Source: Octopus vulgaris
Taxonomy: Eukaryota
Direction: 5' to 3'
Assembly: GCA_951406725.2 (NCBI GenBank)
Contig: OX597842.1
Coordinates: forward strand, 21,638,001 to 21,702,000
DNA: 64,000 nt
The notes beneath the pieces are model-generated. The model ran no database searches and was not told the DNA's origin. It worked only from the letters and a program-made list of their open reading frames with translations. A program made the translations under genes and the position numbers. Below are positions 38,979 through 58,249 of the stretch, piece after piece. Numbering within the stretch: the first letter of the stretch is position 1; each line of letters starts with the position of its first letter.

Positions 38979-41099
38979 CTCCTGCCCAAGACGAAACATT
39001 GACGGTCCATATATCTATCCACACGTTTCAGGCATAAATATACATATGACTATATACGCACTTTTCACAATATACCAAACAGTGATGTAGAACGCATAGA
39101 CTTATGTAAACACACATCGTCACACACAAACACGCTCAACTTACACACACTCACATACATATATATATAGAGAGATATATAATGTGAGTTAGAGAAGGGC
39201 AAAAGAAGGGTAAGAAAGAAAGATGGGAAGATATTAAATTTGAGGAAATATATACTCAGGAATATATTATGAACAAGACTGGTTCAACTTACATATATTC
39301 TAAATTCGGAAGATTTGCAAACCATCTATTTTCAATTTTCATGATTGTATTAATGGATAGAACTCTGAAAGATAATTCATGAAGAAAAAACATAGAAGTG
39401 ATTAGTCATATATTTCAAATATTATGTCCAATGAAATAGCTGCTGAAATAGAATAAAAATAAGTACAAGTGAGACAATTTGGTGAAGACGACTATGAAAA
39501 TAATATGCAAAGTTGAAACTATAACAAAAGAGAAGGATGAGAATAGGAATAAAATTAACGACGAGCAGTTATTGATAAATGAGATAAAAAGGGCAAATAA
39601 GACTAAACTAGAACTGGATACATGTATCTATCTATCAATCTATCTGTCTATCTATCTACCTACATATCTATCTATCTATCACTTTATCAATATATCTATC
39701 AATCGACAGACAGATAGGTTAACACATACACACATATACCAATATATATATATATGTATATATTTTTGTGTGTGTATATATATGTATTCGTGTGTATGTG
39801 TATGTAACACGTTTATACATGTACTTTTTTCAGTAATTTGACAATGGCCATGCTAGAGCCTTTATTCGAAGCAATCGAGCCCATCATTTATTTGTTGAAA
39901 GACTAGCACTTATTCTCTCAGTGTCTTTTGCCGAACCACTAAGTTACAGGGTGTGTAACACCAACATTGGTTATTAGGTGATCTTGAGCGACCACAAATA
40001 TATACATAAATCTGTCTATATTTGTGTGTCTGTGCTTGTGCTAGCACTAGCACTAACCACTTTCCAACACCCAGACCACAAAACATCATCTACACACCCA
40101 TACACAATCATCCGGACACCCACACACTACAGACGCACACAGCTACGCACGCATACATCCACACATTATAGTCATTAGCCCCTATCAACGCACACACACA
40201 AACTTACAAATTCTTACATACACATCCGCACACACACCATTGATTTGGGATCTCCAGTTGTTTATCATCTTCCCGACTCTCTATCTCTCCCGTCAAGCTA
40301 TGTTTTTCCTAAACAGTTGTCATGCTTGATCCTAAATCGACAAGATTTTTAATCACTTTTTGTTCATGTTCTCCTTTCTCTTTCTGTTGAGGAGCTTAGG
40401 CTCGAAAGTAAAAGAATTTCTCAATTTCCCGAGCGTTGAATCTAACATCTGTTTTCGACTTTTAGTTTCCCGTAAATGTAATCTACCGACACGCAAACAC
40501 ACACAGACACACACACACACACAAACACACACATCTCTATATTAAAAGGGTGTGTGTTATAATACTATTCCACAACCATAGCAACAATCCAACATACCTG
40601 TATCATCAGCTACCCCACGGTTACCATTATGGTTTCGAAACCTGGTCACTACCCTTCAAACCGGCGGTATGAACAGCACTAAAACAAGTGTTGTTTGGGA
40701 ACAAAGAAATCAAAGAAACCACCAATTTCAACCACATTTACCCTACGTATAACCGTATCAATAAATAAATTCAATAAGTAAATTACAACTCCTAAATACG
40801 TAACTAAACAGCGTGAAATCTTTTAAATCATACAACAAATATACGTCTTCCGTATATATGATATGATAGTAAAACCTTAATGACCACAATAGTGCAATCA
40901 GTCAATATATAGTAGGGTTAAACACTAACTTCCACAGCATACCTTGAGACAGGTGTGATCGGACAGAAAGTTCTCATAGTGTGAGAGAGTCCGGAAGTGA
41001 ATAGTATTAAATTTACATCTAATATAGGATAAAAGTTTCGAAAAAATGTTATCAATGGCCAGCACATTAAAAAATGCCTTTAAAGGTTAAATTTACAAG

Positions 41100-41648
41100 C
41101 AACTTATAAACAAGGACAAAAGAAAAATAATCCAACTCCAAATATGCCGAAATAGTCTTAATCGTCAATAACAATATAATTTATCACTATTAGCTCTCGT
41201 CTCGAAAGCAAGCCGATAGAATTTTCGAAAAAAAATTTCGTTATAATCGGATCGATCCCCATTTCTGAGTTAATTCATTAAGAATTTTCTCGTCATCAGT
41301 GATAAATACGATAAGAGAATTCTACAAGAGAATTTTCAGTCCGTTCACGCGTGTTTCGAGGTATGCTGCGGAATTTCTATTTTGGATATATTTGGAGTAC
41401 TTAAGTGTGCTCATGACTAAGTGTTTACTTCTTCCATAGGTACAAGTAAGTATATCATTTATTTTCTTAACGATTTTATCGCTGATGACGAGAAAATTCT
41501 AAATGAATTTACTCAGAAATGGGGATCGATCCGATAATAACGAAATTCGAGACGCGTGCTTATAGTGATAAATTATATGGTTATTGACGATTATGTCTAT
41601 TTCGGCATTTTTGGCATTGAATTCTTTTTCTTTTGCTCTTGTTTATAA

Positions 41649-41652
<4 letters not shown>
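41100..41652. mobile_element. Foldback/MITE-like element (U5)
   Basis: Same TIRs; small deletion in the right arm. Confidence 0.8.
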
Positions 41653-41693
<41 letters not shown>

Positions 41694-41697
<4 letters not shown>

Positions 41698-42891
41698 CTG
41701 AAGGTGACCCGCTCTACGTGCGGGTAAGTGTGCGTTTGTTACATTCTGTTGCTTCCTTTCAGCACGTAAAATTGACCATCCGAACGTGGCCGATTGCAGC
41801 GCCGCCTTCACTGGCTTCTCTGCCGTTGGCACTTAAAAAGCACCAACCGATCCTGGCCGCTTCCTGCCCCTCCCCCCTGGCACCTGTGCCAGCGGCACTA
41901 AAAAACACCCACTACGCTCAACAGAGTGGTTGGCGTTAGGAAGGGCATCCACCTGTAGAAAAACTGCCAGATCAGATTGGAGCCTGGTGCAGCCTCCTGG
42001 CTTCCCAGACCCCGGTCAAACTGTCCAACCCGTGCTAGCACGGAAAACGGACGTTACATGATGATGATGATGATGATGATGATTCTCCCTCTTTGTTTCT
42101 CTCTCCTTTCTCTCTCACTTTCCCACTCTCTTACTCTTCCTTTCTCTCGGTCTCTCCCTCGCTTTTTCTTACTCTCTATCTTTATCTATCTATCTCCCAT
42201 TTATAAACAACAAAAGATCTTGAGTAAGTTGAGAAATAAAATATTTAGAAAGATCAATCATAAATATCAGGCAGTAACAACGGATAGGTCTGCTTCAAGG
42301 CAGACAGCAAAACACTAACATTTAAAAGGGACAGATGAACTTGCGAGCTGAATAAAAATAATAAAATATTGGAAACCAAAGTTTGAAGAGATAGAATTTG
42401 AGGATAGTAGAGTCACCATGGCTAACATTTCTTAACGACGGACAGCAACGTATTGACAATTTAACGGCTGGCGTAAAATTTTGAACTTGATGTAAAAGAA
42501 AATTGGTAAACACCAATTTTTTAAGTGATTCTTTCTCATGACAGTAGACTCACCATGGCAAGCATTCAAAACTTCTTTATCATGGACGGCAACACATTGA
42601 CGATTAAAAGGCTGGCGCAAATTTTTTAGCTTGATGTAACAGAGAATTGCTAAACACCCGCTCCTTTAAATTTTAATCCCCTTCCAGAACAATTTAGACA
42701 CCTTTTCACATTTTGGTTAATATAACCCGATTTCATTCTGGTCTACTGGGGCCACATTTTATAAGATGAGAAATTTTGTCCTAGATGTCACGCCTTTCAT
42801 TTGAGGGAAAAAAATAGTTGTCATGCAAACTTGCCAGCACTTTTAACATAGGTGTGCATATTTTAAGCTCAACCGACCACATAATGCACAC

Positions 42892-42974
<83 letters not shown>

Positions 42975-43726
42975 ATGTGTGTGTGTTGGAGTCTGATACG
43001 TGAGCGTTGACGCTGAATTCGACTGGTAAGCAGGTAACCTTGTCTTTGTTGAAATAGTTGTGAGGTGCTGGAGTTATTTCTCTGACGGGTAATATGAATT
43101 TCCATATCCTCCGAGTAAACGAACTGTTGACCCAGACAATTAGAATTAATTTTAATAAAAGCATCAATTTAAGAAGAAATAATAAAGTAGTAAAAAATGA
43201 AAATTTAGCACGAAATATTTGCAGGGTTCTAAATAAATGTTAAAATGTAATGGATACGAAAAACCTATGTTATCACCAGAACACGAACGCACGTTGGTGT
43301 GTTCTGTTTGTATTTGCTCCATCGGCGCGTTGACAGGCAGACAATAGAATGCGATGGCGAGATTCATAATATTTGTTGTCATGTGTTGGTTGTGGCGATG
43401 ATAATTCTCTCTATGAATGCAGACAGATACATAAGTGAAAGTTATGGGAAGGGAGGAAATAGAGTGAGTGAAAAAGTGCTGGTAAGAGAGGAAATAGCGA
43501 GAGTGAGTTGAGTAAGGCAGATACATTAAAGAACGGGAGAGGACTTGTCAAAGTGGGTTTTTGGCCCTATCAGCGACACCTTTTAAGATAGGGATTTCTA
43601 AGGTAGCCCACGGGCATCGTCACCTCATTTTACATGTCCCTGTAAATTTTGGAGTCAATCAGACGGGATGTAGTGGCCTTGAAAGCGATCCAAGCGGTGG
43701 AAACGCATTTCAGTTTTATATATAGA
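41694..43726 (-). mobile_element. Non-autonomous Helitron (U5), nested SINE at 41761-42083
   Basis: ACCCGC (41707-41712) and GCGGGT (41720-41725) form the hairpin; terminal CTAG reads ATAG on the plus strand; TC start at 43726. Confidence 0.68.
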
Positions 43727-43762
43727 TTTATATAGAGAGATTTATATAATATATATATATAT

Positions 43763-43808
<46 letters not shown>

Positions 43809-43840
43809 GAGAGAGAGATATATAGATAAATAGATAGATA

Positions 43841-43923
<83 letters not shown>

Positions 43924-44574
43924 TTCCATGCTTGTGTGTCCATTTTTCTTGCTGACCTCTAGTCATTTTATCGCTACCTCTTTATTTATTTATAAATAAC
44001 TTTAGATATTTTCCCCTCCGTTGAAATGCAAGACTCTATATAACACGGAATTCCAACTATAAATTTTGTTGCATTTAAATCTTTCTTTAAATGCACTTGG
44101 TTAAACTAATGATAGAGTATTATGATTTCGTTAGTTTCAATATTAACATTGATATTCATGAAATCTACGTCCCATATAAATTTATATTGAACTTGATTAA
44201 AATTTTGAATGTTGCAGCATAAATTCCAATTTCTGTTTGTTTAACAATTAAAAGAGCTAAAAAGAATCAATTAGAATTAGGAAGGTAATATCTTTTCCAT
44301 ATGAACAAGAAGAAATATATGTGAATTTATATATAAGTAAATGAAGAGGTAGGGAAAAGATTTCAGCTCAGGAACACAGATACACACACACACAAATATG
44401 AATTATATACATATGAATTTATATATATTTCTGCACAGAAACATATTCTAGAAGGAATAAAGGGGCTACCCAATACACTGCAAGTGGCGCTGCCACCGAC
44501 GAGATTGATTCTAGTCCGCTTCTCCAACGGTAAACACGAGGATTGTTCTCATTTTTACATGTTTTAATGACAAT

Positions 44575-46110
44575 GTCCGACATATGGGCGAATGAGAGTA
44601 GGTGCAACGTGGCCACGGAAAACAAGTTGGTGTTGATGAATCAGGTGAGATGCGTTCTCTTCGATTCTAAGCAGAATATTGCGGCCTTTAGGGAACACTA
44701 TGTGCATCAGTTTGTGGAGGTTAGTGGTCCATTGCCTACGAAGCTCTTAACCGTCTCCGTAGACGGCTTGCGGCAACACTCGAATGAAACAACGCCGTTC
44801 TACAAATGGTGGAAAATTGTTGCGGTATTCGAGATGCCGGGTTAGATTTCGCCATGGCTTGAGGATCAGCCTTACGCAGTTTAAAGTTATTTGCCATAAA
44901 TAGCAGTGAGTGCAATGGCAGGTGTCTACAACAAAGGGAAGAGGAACGAGATGATTCTTAGCCCTGATAAAGGGTGCGGGTCACGGCAATGTTGAGGAAG
45001 AACTCGGAACCAATGTATTTCATAATATTTTGAGACCCGTAATTAGGCTAAATGCCGAAGATTCCATATCAAAATCATCTAAGCACAACAGGTTCCTGCT
45101 TGCACAGTACATCACAGACAGAATGAGTAACAAATGCGTTTCCAATGAAATCCTAATTTTGTGTTAGTCAAATGCCAACTGTTGGCGCCTGCACTGAAGG
45201 AAGCCGGATTCGGTCCTGTTTCCAGAGGCTGGATCGCAGTAACCTACAACAAATTTTGCTTGCTGGAACCATTCAAATGAACTGGAACTAAGAAGACCTG
45301 GCGAACAGGCTATAAGCAGAGAGGTAGTGTGGTGGAGAATACAGAACGGTTGAAGAGAGAGAGATAATACGATCAAACTCTCATCGAAGCCTTAAAATTC
45401 CATTTAAAATGACGGTGAGGGTGGAGTGAGAGAAATCCACACCACCCAAGTAAATGTAGTGAAAAGTGGGGGAATACTAAACTGCACCTGTAAGCTGAGT
45501 CATACCGAGGAAGATGGAGTACTTGTAGTCGTAGTCTTGACCTAACTTTCTTCGCAACATCTGCCATAATGGCATGGACGATCCTAAAATTACTTGAGTA
45601 GTTTATGACTGGGAGTCACATGAGTTTCAGCTTCGTCAGTCAACAAAGTTGGCCTCAGAAGCAGGTATTCCTCAGTCAGTAGCGGTCACTTATTATCCAT
45701 CATCAAGAAGACAGTGAAAAACCTGGGGATTGTATTTAAATTTAACCGGAGTGACACGTAATCTAATTGTGAACAAGGATTTTGAAAGGTGACTATCTAC
45801 AGTGGCCATGTGATGTCTCCCAGTAATTTTAAGACCTGGAGTTCAAAATAGAGCATCCGCCATGGATTATTTGGCAGTTCTCCGTACATGACATTTCAAT
45901 ATCCTCATTGAAGAGAAGGAAGCGATTTCCTGTGAAAAAGGCTAAGCAACGTAGTCCTGAGTGTAAAATACAATTTGAAGCACTTCATAAGCAGCATCAG
46001 AGAAATCTTTGTTCTCTGTGATTAGATGTTGCGTTAGCGAGGCTTTCAGTACGAGGGCAATACATCACGGAATTGGAGTGCGGTGGAGGATTTCTTGGCT
46101 TCACAGGTAT
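44575..46110 (+). pseudogene. Ancient Tx1-like ORF2 relic (U5)
   Basis: Homologous to 5780-7320. Confidence 0.7.
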
Positions 46111-46722
46111 GTGATGAAAAACCTTATTTCGATAGCACCACAACACCTCACTGTGACAAGTGGCAAGAAAGGTTTAGGAAGTTACTGAAAAAGAATGGTG
46201 TTTATGTCTTAATAATTTCATATTAATAGAGAGTCTTTGCTTTTCTTTTGTTTGTCATCTAACCTTATGGTTACTCTTATTTTACGAGAGTGGCAGAAGC
46301 TTCTGCGCACTCTTACATCCTCACGTGGGACGTATAGTTTATTTATATCTGCCTCTGGGAGATGCATGTAGTGTATTGTGACATAATTGCTTTGTTTTGA
46401 TTCGGTGATACACATCTCATTCGTGGATCATTTTATGGTATCAAAGCTGCAGCCTAGACGTCTTATATATAAGGTATTCATTGCATCAGCCTTTTCTTCA
46501 AATGGATATATGTTTTTGTGGTGGCGGCTCATAAGAATGCGGTGTGACGCGAGAAATCATATCAGCACATTCACTAATAGAAGACACTAGCCATAACAGT
46601 TTTAATATATTGACGGAAGTAAATGCAGGAAGATAAGGAAAAAAATGCGGTGTTTGGGGATTTCATGAAGGAGATGACCATAATGATGTTCAAAGAATAT
46701 GAGTTTGTCATAAAACTTAAAA

Positions 46723-48166
46723 TTAAATACACAGTATTTTACGTAGGATATGGGCGGTTCCCATTAGCGACGTCTTTTGAGTTGCTGCCATTTTGGGGTT
46801 TCCTAGTATCTGAGATAGTTATGATTCAGCCCTTTTGCAATAATTTCTCGGGCAACTATGACAACAGGCATTGTTTTAGTTCCACATTTTGCCAATTTCT
46901 ATTTCAACATCTTTACACTTGCTCAGTTTTGTAGGTTTTGACAGATACCTTTATGTCGATTGGGACAGTTTTAAATGAGGAGGCATGGTTTTTTCCTGTA
47001 GTTTTTCTATATAATGCCTGGTCTACTCGCATCTATCTTTCTGTCACTTTGAGTGGCGAAGTTCTAGAGGATAAGATGCGATCATCTGCAAGAACTGGAG
47101 GGTGTTCGTGTCCCCAACAGATTGTATCATGTGGCACGTCTATGTTTTTGCAAATTAACCACTGAATATGATGTGCTGCTCAATCATGCCTGTTGAGATA
47201 TTCTGTATGCACAAGAAGACTGCACATGGAGACAACATAATCAATGGTTTCATTTTGTTGTTTACATACAAGACATACTGCCTTTCTTTAATATGGTAGT
47301 TTCTTGTAGGTAGGACTTGATCTTCAGCTGCGATATTAAATCCGTCTGTGTCTGATTTTAAATTAGAAGACACTAACCATTGATGGGTAATGGCTTTATC
47401 CACATTGGTACCGTTAGCTCTCTTTGGGTATTTGCCATTGAGATGTTTTCTTTGACATTTATCTGTAAGAATATCTAAGTCAGATTCTTTGCATGTACTT
47501 TCATTCGCTTAGCTTTTTCTGTGCTTGTTTTTAGTACGTCTAACTCTGGGATTTGTTGTATTTGGAATTCGTTTATATATTCCTTTGCATGCTTCGTTAC
47601 TTTGTATGACACTTTCTTGTTTTCGTGCTTTGAGACAATTCTTAATATCCAGTCATGAGAGTTGTTTAGGTAGGTGTTTCGGTCAATTGTGGCACTCTCC
47701 GTTGTTAATTCTAATTGTAAATGCTACGGCCACCCTCTTTTCTTGGCAGGTAAAATCGTTCTACATCTGCCTCAGTGTGGTGCATTCTATGCATTGTCAA
47801 CAATTTTCGTATTTTTCTGTCAAGATTACATATTTCAATAATTGACCAGTTAATGATATTGAAATTGTAAATCACGATTTGTATAGCAAAAGTATTGATC
47901 ACTTCGATCCTGTTTCTTGCATTCAGCTCTATCTTGAATATTGCTTTTACCCTGAGATAATATTCTATTCTGATCCTTTCCCTCATCACTGAATATTTGA
48001 TCTTGTCCACTTCAAATACCGATAAGTACATGTATCTCTCCGCTGGTTCTAATTCCTTTATGACATTCTGCCGGATGTTTCTGTCGTTTTTCCTTTGATA
48101 AATATAGCTTTGCTCATTTATCGAGGTAAAATTACAACGTGATATCATCAAAGAATTGTTTAGTAT
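46723..48166 (-). mobile_element. R4/Dong-clade relic (U5)
   Basis: ORFs 47711-48187 and 47155-47403 (LKSDTDGFNIAAEDQVLPTRNY). Confidence 0.85.
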
Positions 48167-49785
48167 CTCCTGCCCAAGACGAAACATTAAAGGACTATAT
48201 ATTTATCCACACATTTCAGGAATAAATATACATATTACTATATACGCACTTTTCACAATATACCAAACAGTGATGTAGAACACAAAGACCTATTTAAACG
48301 CACATCGTCACACACAAACACACTCAACTCACATACATATATATAGAGAGAGAGATAATGTGAGTTAGAGAAGGGCAAAAGAAGGTTAAGAAAGAAAGAT
48401 GGAAAGATATTAAATTTGAGGAAATATATACTCAGGAATATATTATGAACAAGACTGGTTCAACTTACAAAGTTTTTAAGCTCGGAAGATTTGCAAACGA
48501 TCCTTTTTCAATTTTCTCGATTGTATTATTGGATAGATCTCTGAAAGATAATTCATGAACAAAACAACATAGAAGTGATTAGTCATATATTTCAAATATT
48601 ATGTCCAATGAATTAGCTGCTGAAATAGAAGAAAAATAGGTAGAAGTGAGACAATTTGGTGAAGACGATTATGAAAATGATAAGTGAAGATTATGAAGAT
48701 AATATTTATGTATGGCATTGTGTTAAGTGATGATGAAATCGATAATTATTATGATGAGGGCATTTGATGGTGATAGATTTGGTAGTGATGAATTTGTTTC
48801 GGTCTGAGGGCATTGCATCTGTGGTTTAAGATTATGACTGATAAGGATGATGATGATGGTGATGATGACGATGATCATGATGACGATAATGGTGACAACC
48901 ACTACGAGGACGCAGACCATGATTATGATGACAATATTTACTGATGGTGCTCTTAATATTTGGAATGATGAAGAGGAGGATGACGCTGATATACAAAGTT
49001 GAAACTATAACAAAAGAGAAGGATGAGAATAGGAATAAAAATAACGACGAGCTGTTATTGATAAATGAGATAAAAAGGGTAAAGAAACTAAACTAGAACT
49101 GGAGACATGTATCTATCTATCTATCTCTCAATCTATCTATCTACCTATCTATCTATCTGTCTATTTATCTATCTATCTATCCATCTATCTGTCTATCCAT
49201 CCATCTATCACTTTATCAATATATCTATCAATCGGCAGACAGATACGTAAACACATACACACATATACCAATATATATATATATATATATGTATATATTT
49301 GTGTGTGTCTATATATCTATATGTGTGTGTGTGTATGTAACACGTTTATACATGTACTTTTTTCAGTAATTTGACAATGTCCATGCTAGAGCCTTTATTC
49401 GAACCAAACGAGATCAGCATTTATTTGTTGAAAGACTAGCACTTATTCTCTCGGTGTCCTTTGCCGAAACACTAAGTTACAGGGTGTGCAACACCAACAT
49501 TGGTTATTAGGTGATCTTCAGGGAACACAAATATATACTTAAATCTATCTATATTTGTATGTCTGTGCTTGTGCTAGCACTAGCACTAACCACTTTCCAA
49601 CACCCAGACCACAAAACATCATCTACACACCCATACACAATCGTCCACACACCCACACCCTACAGACGCTCACAGCTACGCACGCATACATCCACACATC
49701 ATAGTCATTAGCCACTATCAACACACACACACACACACACACACACACTTACACATTCTTACATACACATCCGCACGCACACCAT

Positions 49786-54430
<4,645 letters not shown>

Positions 54431-54705
54431 ACGCACACCATTGTTTTGGGATCTCCAGTTGTTTATTATCTCGCCGACTCTCTATTTCTCCCATCAAGCT
54501 ATGCTTTTCCTAAACAGTTGCCATGCTTGATCCCTAAATCGACAAGATTTTTAATCCCTTTTTGTTCATGGTCTCCTTTCTCTTTCTGTTGAGGAGCATA
54601 GGCTCGAAAGTAAAGGAATTTCTCAATTTCCCGAGCGTTGAATTTAACACCTGTTCTCGACTGTTATTTTACCGTAAATTTAATCTACCGACACGCAAAC
54701 ACACA

Positions 54706-54754
<49 letters not shown>

Positions 54755-55402
54755 CTATATATTAAAAGGATGTGTGTTATAATACTATTCCACAACCATA
54801 GGAACAATGCAACATACCTGTATCATCAGCTACCCCACGGTTACCATTATGGTTTCGACACCTGGTCACTACCCTTTAATCCGGCGGTGTCAACAGCACT
54901 AAAATATGTGTTGTTTGGGAACAAAAAAATTTTAAAAACCACAAATTTCAACCACATTTACCCTATGTATAACCGTATCAATAAATAATTCAATAAATAA
55001 ATTACAACTACTAAATACGTAACTAAGCAGCGTGAAATCTTTTAAATCATACAATTTTCAGTCCGTTCACACGTGTCTCGAGCTCTGCTGCGGAATTTCT
55101 ATTTTTGGATATATTTGGGATACTTAAGTGTGCACATGACTTAGTGTTTACTTCTTCCATAGGTACAAGTAAGTATCTCATTTATTTTCTTATCGTATTT
55201 ATCGCTAATGTCGAGAAAATTCTAAATGAATTAACTCAGAAATGGGATCGATCCGATAATAACGAAATTCTTTTAGAAATATCTATGAACTTGCTTTCGA
55301 GACGCGTGTTTATAGTGATAAATTATATGGTTATTGACGATTAAGTCTATTTCGGCATATTTGGCATTGAATTCTCTTTCTTTGGCCCTTGTTTATAAGT
55401 TG

Positions 55403-55449
<47 letters not shown>

Positions 55450-56096
55450 CATGCTTGTGTGTCCATTTTTCTTGCTGACCTTAAGTCATTTTATCGCTAC
55501 CTCTTTATTTATTTATAAATAAATTTAGATATTTTCCCTCCGTTGAAATGCAAATCTCTTTATAACACGGAATTCCAACTATAAATTTTGTTGCATTTAA
55601 ACCGTTCTTTAAATGCACTTGGTTTAAACTAATGATAGAGTATTATGATTTCGTTAGTTTTAATATTAACATTGATATTCATGAAATCTACGTCACATGT
55701 AATATTTTAATTGAACTTGATTAAAATTTTGAATGTTGCAGCATAAATTCCAATTTCTGTTTGTTTAACCGTGAAAAGAGCCATAAAGAATCAATTAGAA
55801 TTAGGAAGGTCATAACTTTTCCATATTAACAAGAAGAAATATATGTGAATTTATATATAAGTAAATGAAGAGATAGAGAAAAGATTTAAGCTCAGGAACA
55901 CATACACATACACACAAATATGAATTATATACATATAAATTTATATATATTTCTACACAGAAACACACTCTAGAGAGAATAAAGGGGCTACCCAATATGC
56001 TGCAAGTGGCGCTGCCACCGACGAGATTGGATCTTGTCCGCTTCTCCAACGGTAAACACTAGGATTGTTCTCATTTTTGCATGCTTTAATGACAAT

Positions 56097-57640
56097 GTCC
56101 GACATATGGGTGAATGAGCGTAGGTGCAACGTGGCAACGGAAAACAATTTGGTGTCGATGAATCAGGTGAGATGCGTTCTCTTCGATTCTAAGCAGATAT
56201 TTGCGGCGTTTAGGAAACACTACGTGCATCAGTTTGTGGAGGCTAGTGGTCCATTGACTATGAAGCTCTTAACCGTCTACGTAGACGACTTGCGCAACAC
56301 TCGAATGAAACGACGCAGTTCTACAAATGGTGGAAAATTGTTGCGGTATTCGAGATGCCGGGTTAGATGTCGCCATGGCTTGAGGATCAGCCTTACGCAG
56401 TTTAAAATTATTTGGCATAAATAGCAGTGAGTGCAATGGCAGGTGTCTACAACAAAGGGAAGAAGAACGAGATGATTCTTAGCCCTGATAAAAGGTGGGG
56501 GTCACGGCAATGTTGAGAAAGAACTCGAAAAAATGTATTTGATAATAATTTGAGACCCGTAATTAGGCTAAATGCCGAAGATTCCATATCAAAATCATCA
56601 AAGCACAACAGGTTCCTGCTTACACAGTACATCACAGACAGAATGAGTAACAAATGCGTTTCCAATGAAATCCTAATTTTGTGTTAGTCAAATGCCAACT
56701 GTTGGCGCCTGCACTGAAGGACGCCGGATTCGGTCCTGTTTCCAGAGGCTGGATCGCAGTAACCTACAACACATTTTGCTTGCTGGAACCATTCAAATGA
56801 ACTGGAACTAACAAGACCTGGCGAACAGGCTATAAGCAGAGAGGTAGTGTGGTGGAGAATGCAGAACGGTTGAAGAGAGAGAGATAATATGATCAAACTC
56901 TCATCGAAACCTTAAAATTCCATTTAAAATGACGGTGAGGGTGGAGTGAGAGAGAAATCCACACCACCCAAGTGAATGTAGTGATAAGGGGGGGAATACT
57001 AAACTGCATCTGTAAGCTGAGTCATACCGAGGAAGATGGAGTACTTGTAGTCGTAGTCTTGACCTAACTTTCTTTACAACATCTGCCATAATGGCATGGA
57101 CGATCCTAAAATTAATTGAATAGTTTATGACAGGGAGTCACATGAGTTTCAGCTTCGTCAGTCAACAAAGTTGGCCTTAAAAGCAGGTATTCCTCATTCA
57201 GTAGCGGTCATTTATTACCCATCATCTAGAAGACAGTGATAAACCTGGGGAAGGTGTTTAAATTTAACCGGAGTGACGCATAATCTAATTGTGAAAGCAA
57301 CAAGGATTCTGAAAGGCGACTATCTACAGTGGACACGGGATGTCTCCTGGTAATTTTAAGACCTGGAGTTAAGAATAGAGCATCCGCCATGGATCATTTG
57401 GAAGTTCTCCGTACATGACATTTCAATATCCTCATTGAAGAGAAGGAAATGATTTCCTGTGAAAAAGCCTGAGCAACGTAGTCCTGAGTGGAAAATAAAA
57501 TTTGAAGCACTTCATAAGTAGCCTCAGAGAAATCTTCGTTGTCTGTGATTAGATGTTGCGTTAGACAGGCTTTCGGTACGAGGGCAATACATCATGGAAT
57601 TGGAGTAGGGTGGATGATTTCTTGGCTTCACAGGTATGTG
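56097..57640 (+). pseudogene. Ancient Tx1-like ORF2 relic (U6)
   Basis: Homologous to 5780-7320. Confidence 0.7.
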
Positions 57641-58249
57641 ATGAAAAACCTGATCTGGGTAGCACCACAACACCTCACTGTGACAAGTGGCAAGAAAGGT
57701 TTAGGAAGTTACTGAAAAAGAAAGGTGTGTATGTCTTACTACATTCATACTAATAGACAGTCTATGCTTTTCTTTTGTTTGTCATCTAACCTTATGGTTA
57801 CTCTTATTTTACGAGAGTGGCAGAAGCTTCTGCGCACTCTTACATCCTCACGTGGGACATATAGTTTATTTATATCTGCCTCTGGGAGATGCATGTAGTG
57901 TATCGTGACAGAATTGCTTTGTTTTGATTCGGTGATACACATCTCATTCGTGGATCATTTTATGGTATCAAAGCTGCAGCCTAGAGGACCTATATATAAG
58001 GTATTCATTGCATCAGTCTTTTCTTCAAATGGAAATAGGTTTTTGTGGTGGCGGATCATAAGAATGCGGTGTGACGCGAGAAATCATATCAGCAGATTCA
58101 CTAATAGAAGACACTAGCCATAACAGTTTTAATATATCGACGGAATTAAATGCAGGAAGATAAGGAAAAAAATGCGGTGTTTGGGGATTTCATGAAGGAG
58201 ATGACCATAATGATGTTCAAAGAATACGATCTTGTTTTAAAACTTAAAA

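Larger units (their letters stand above)
33645..39679 (+). repeat. Tandem array unit U4 (no Tx1; lacks MITE and Helitron)
   Basis: Colinear with U1 apart from a duplication-deletion at 34707-34793 and the GAT-tract deletion at ~39503. Confidence 0.88.
39680..49208 (+). repeat. Tandem array unit U5 (complete ~9.5 kb unit without Tx1)
   Basis: All spacer modules present; TATC site at 49110-49208 is empty. Confidence 0.9.
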
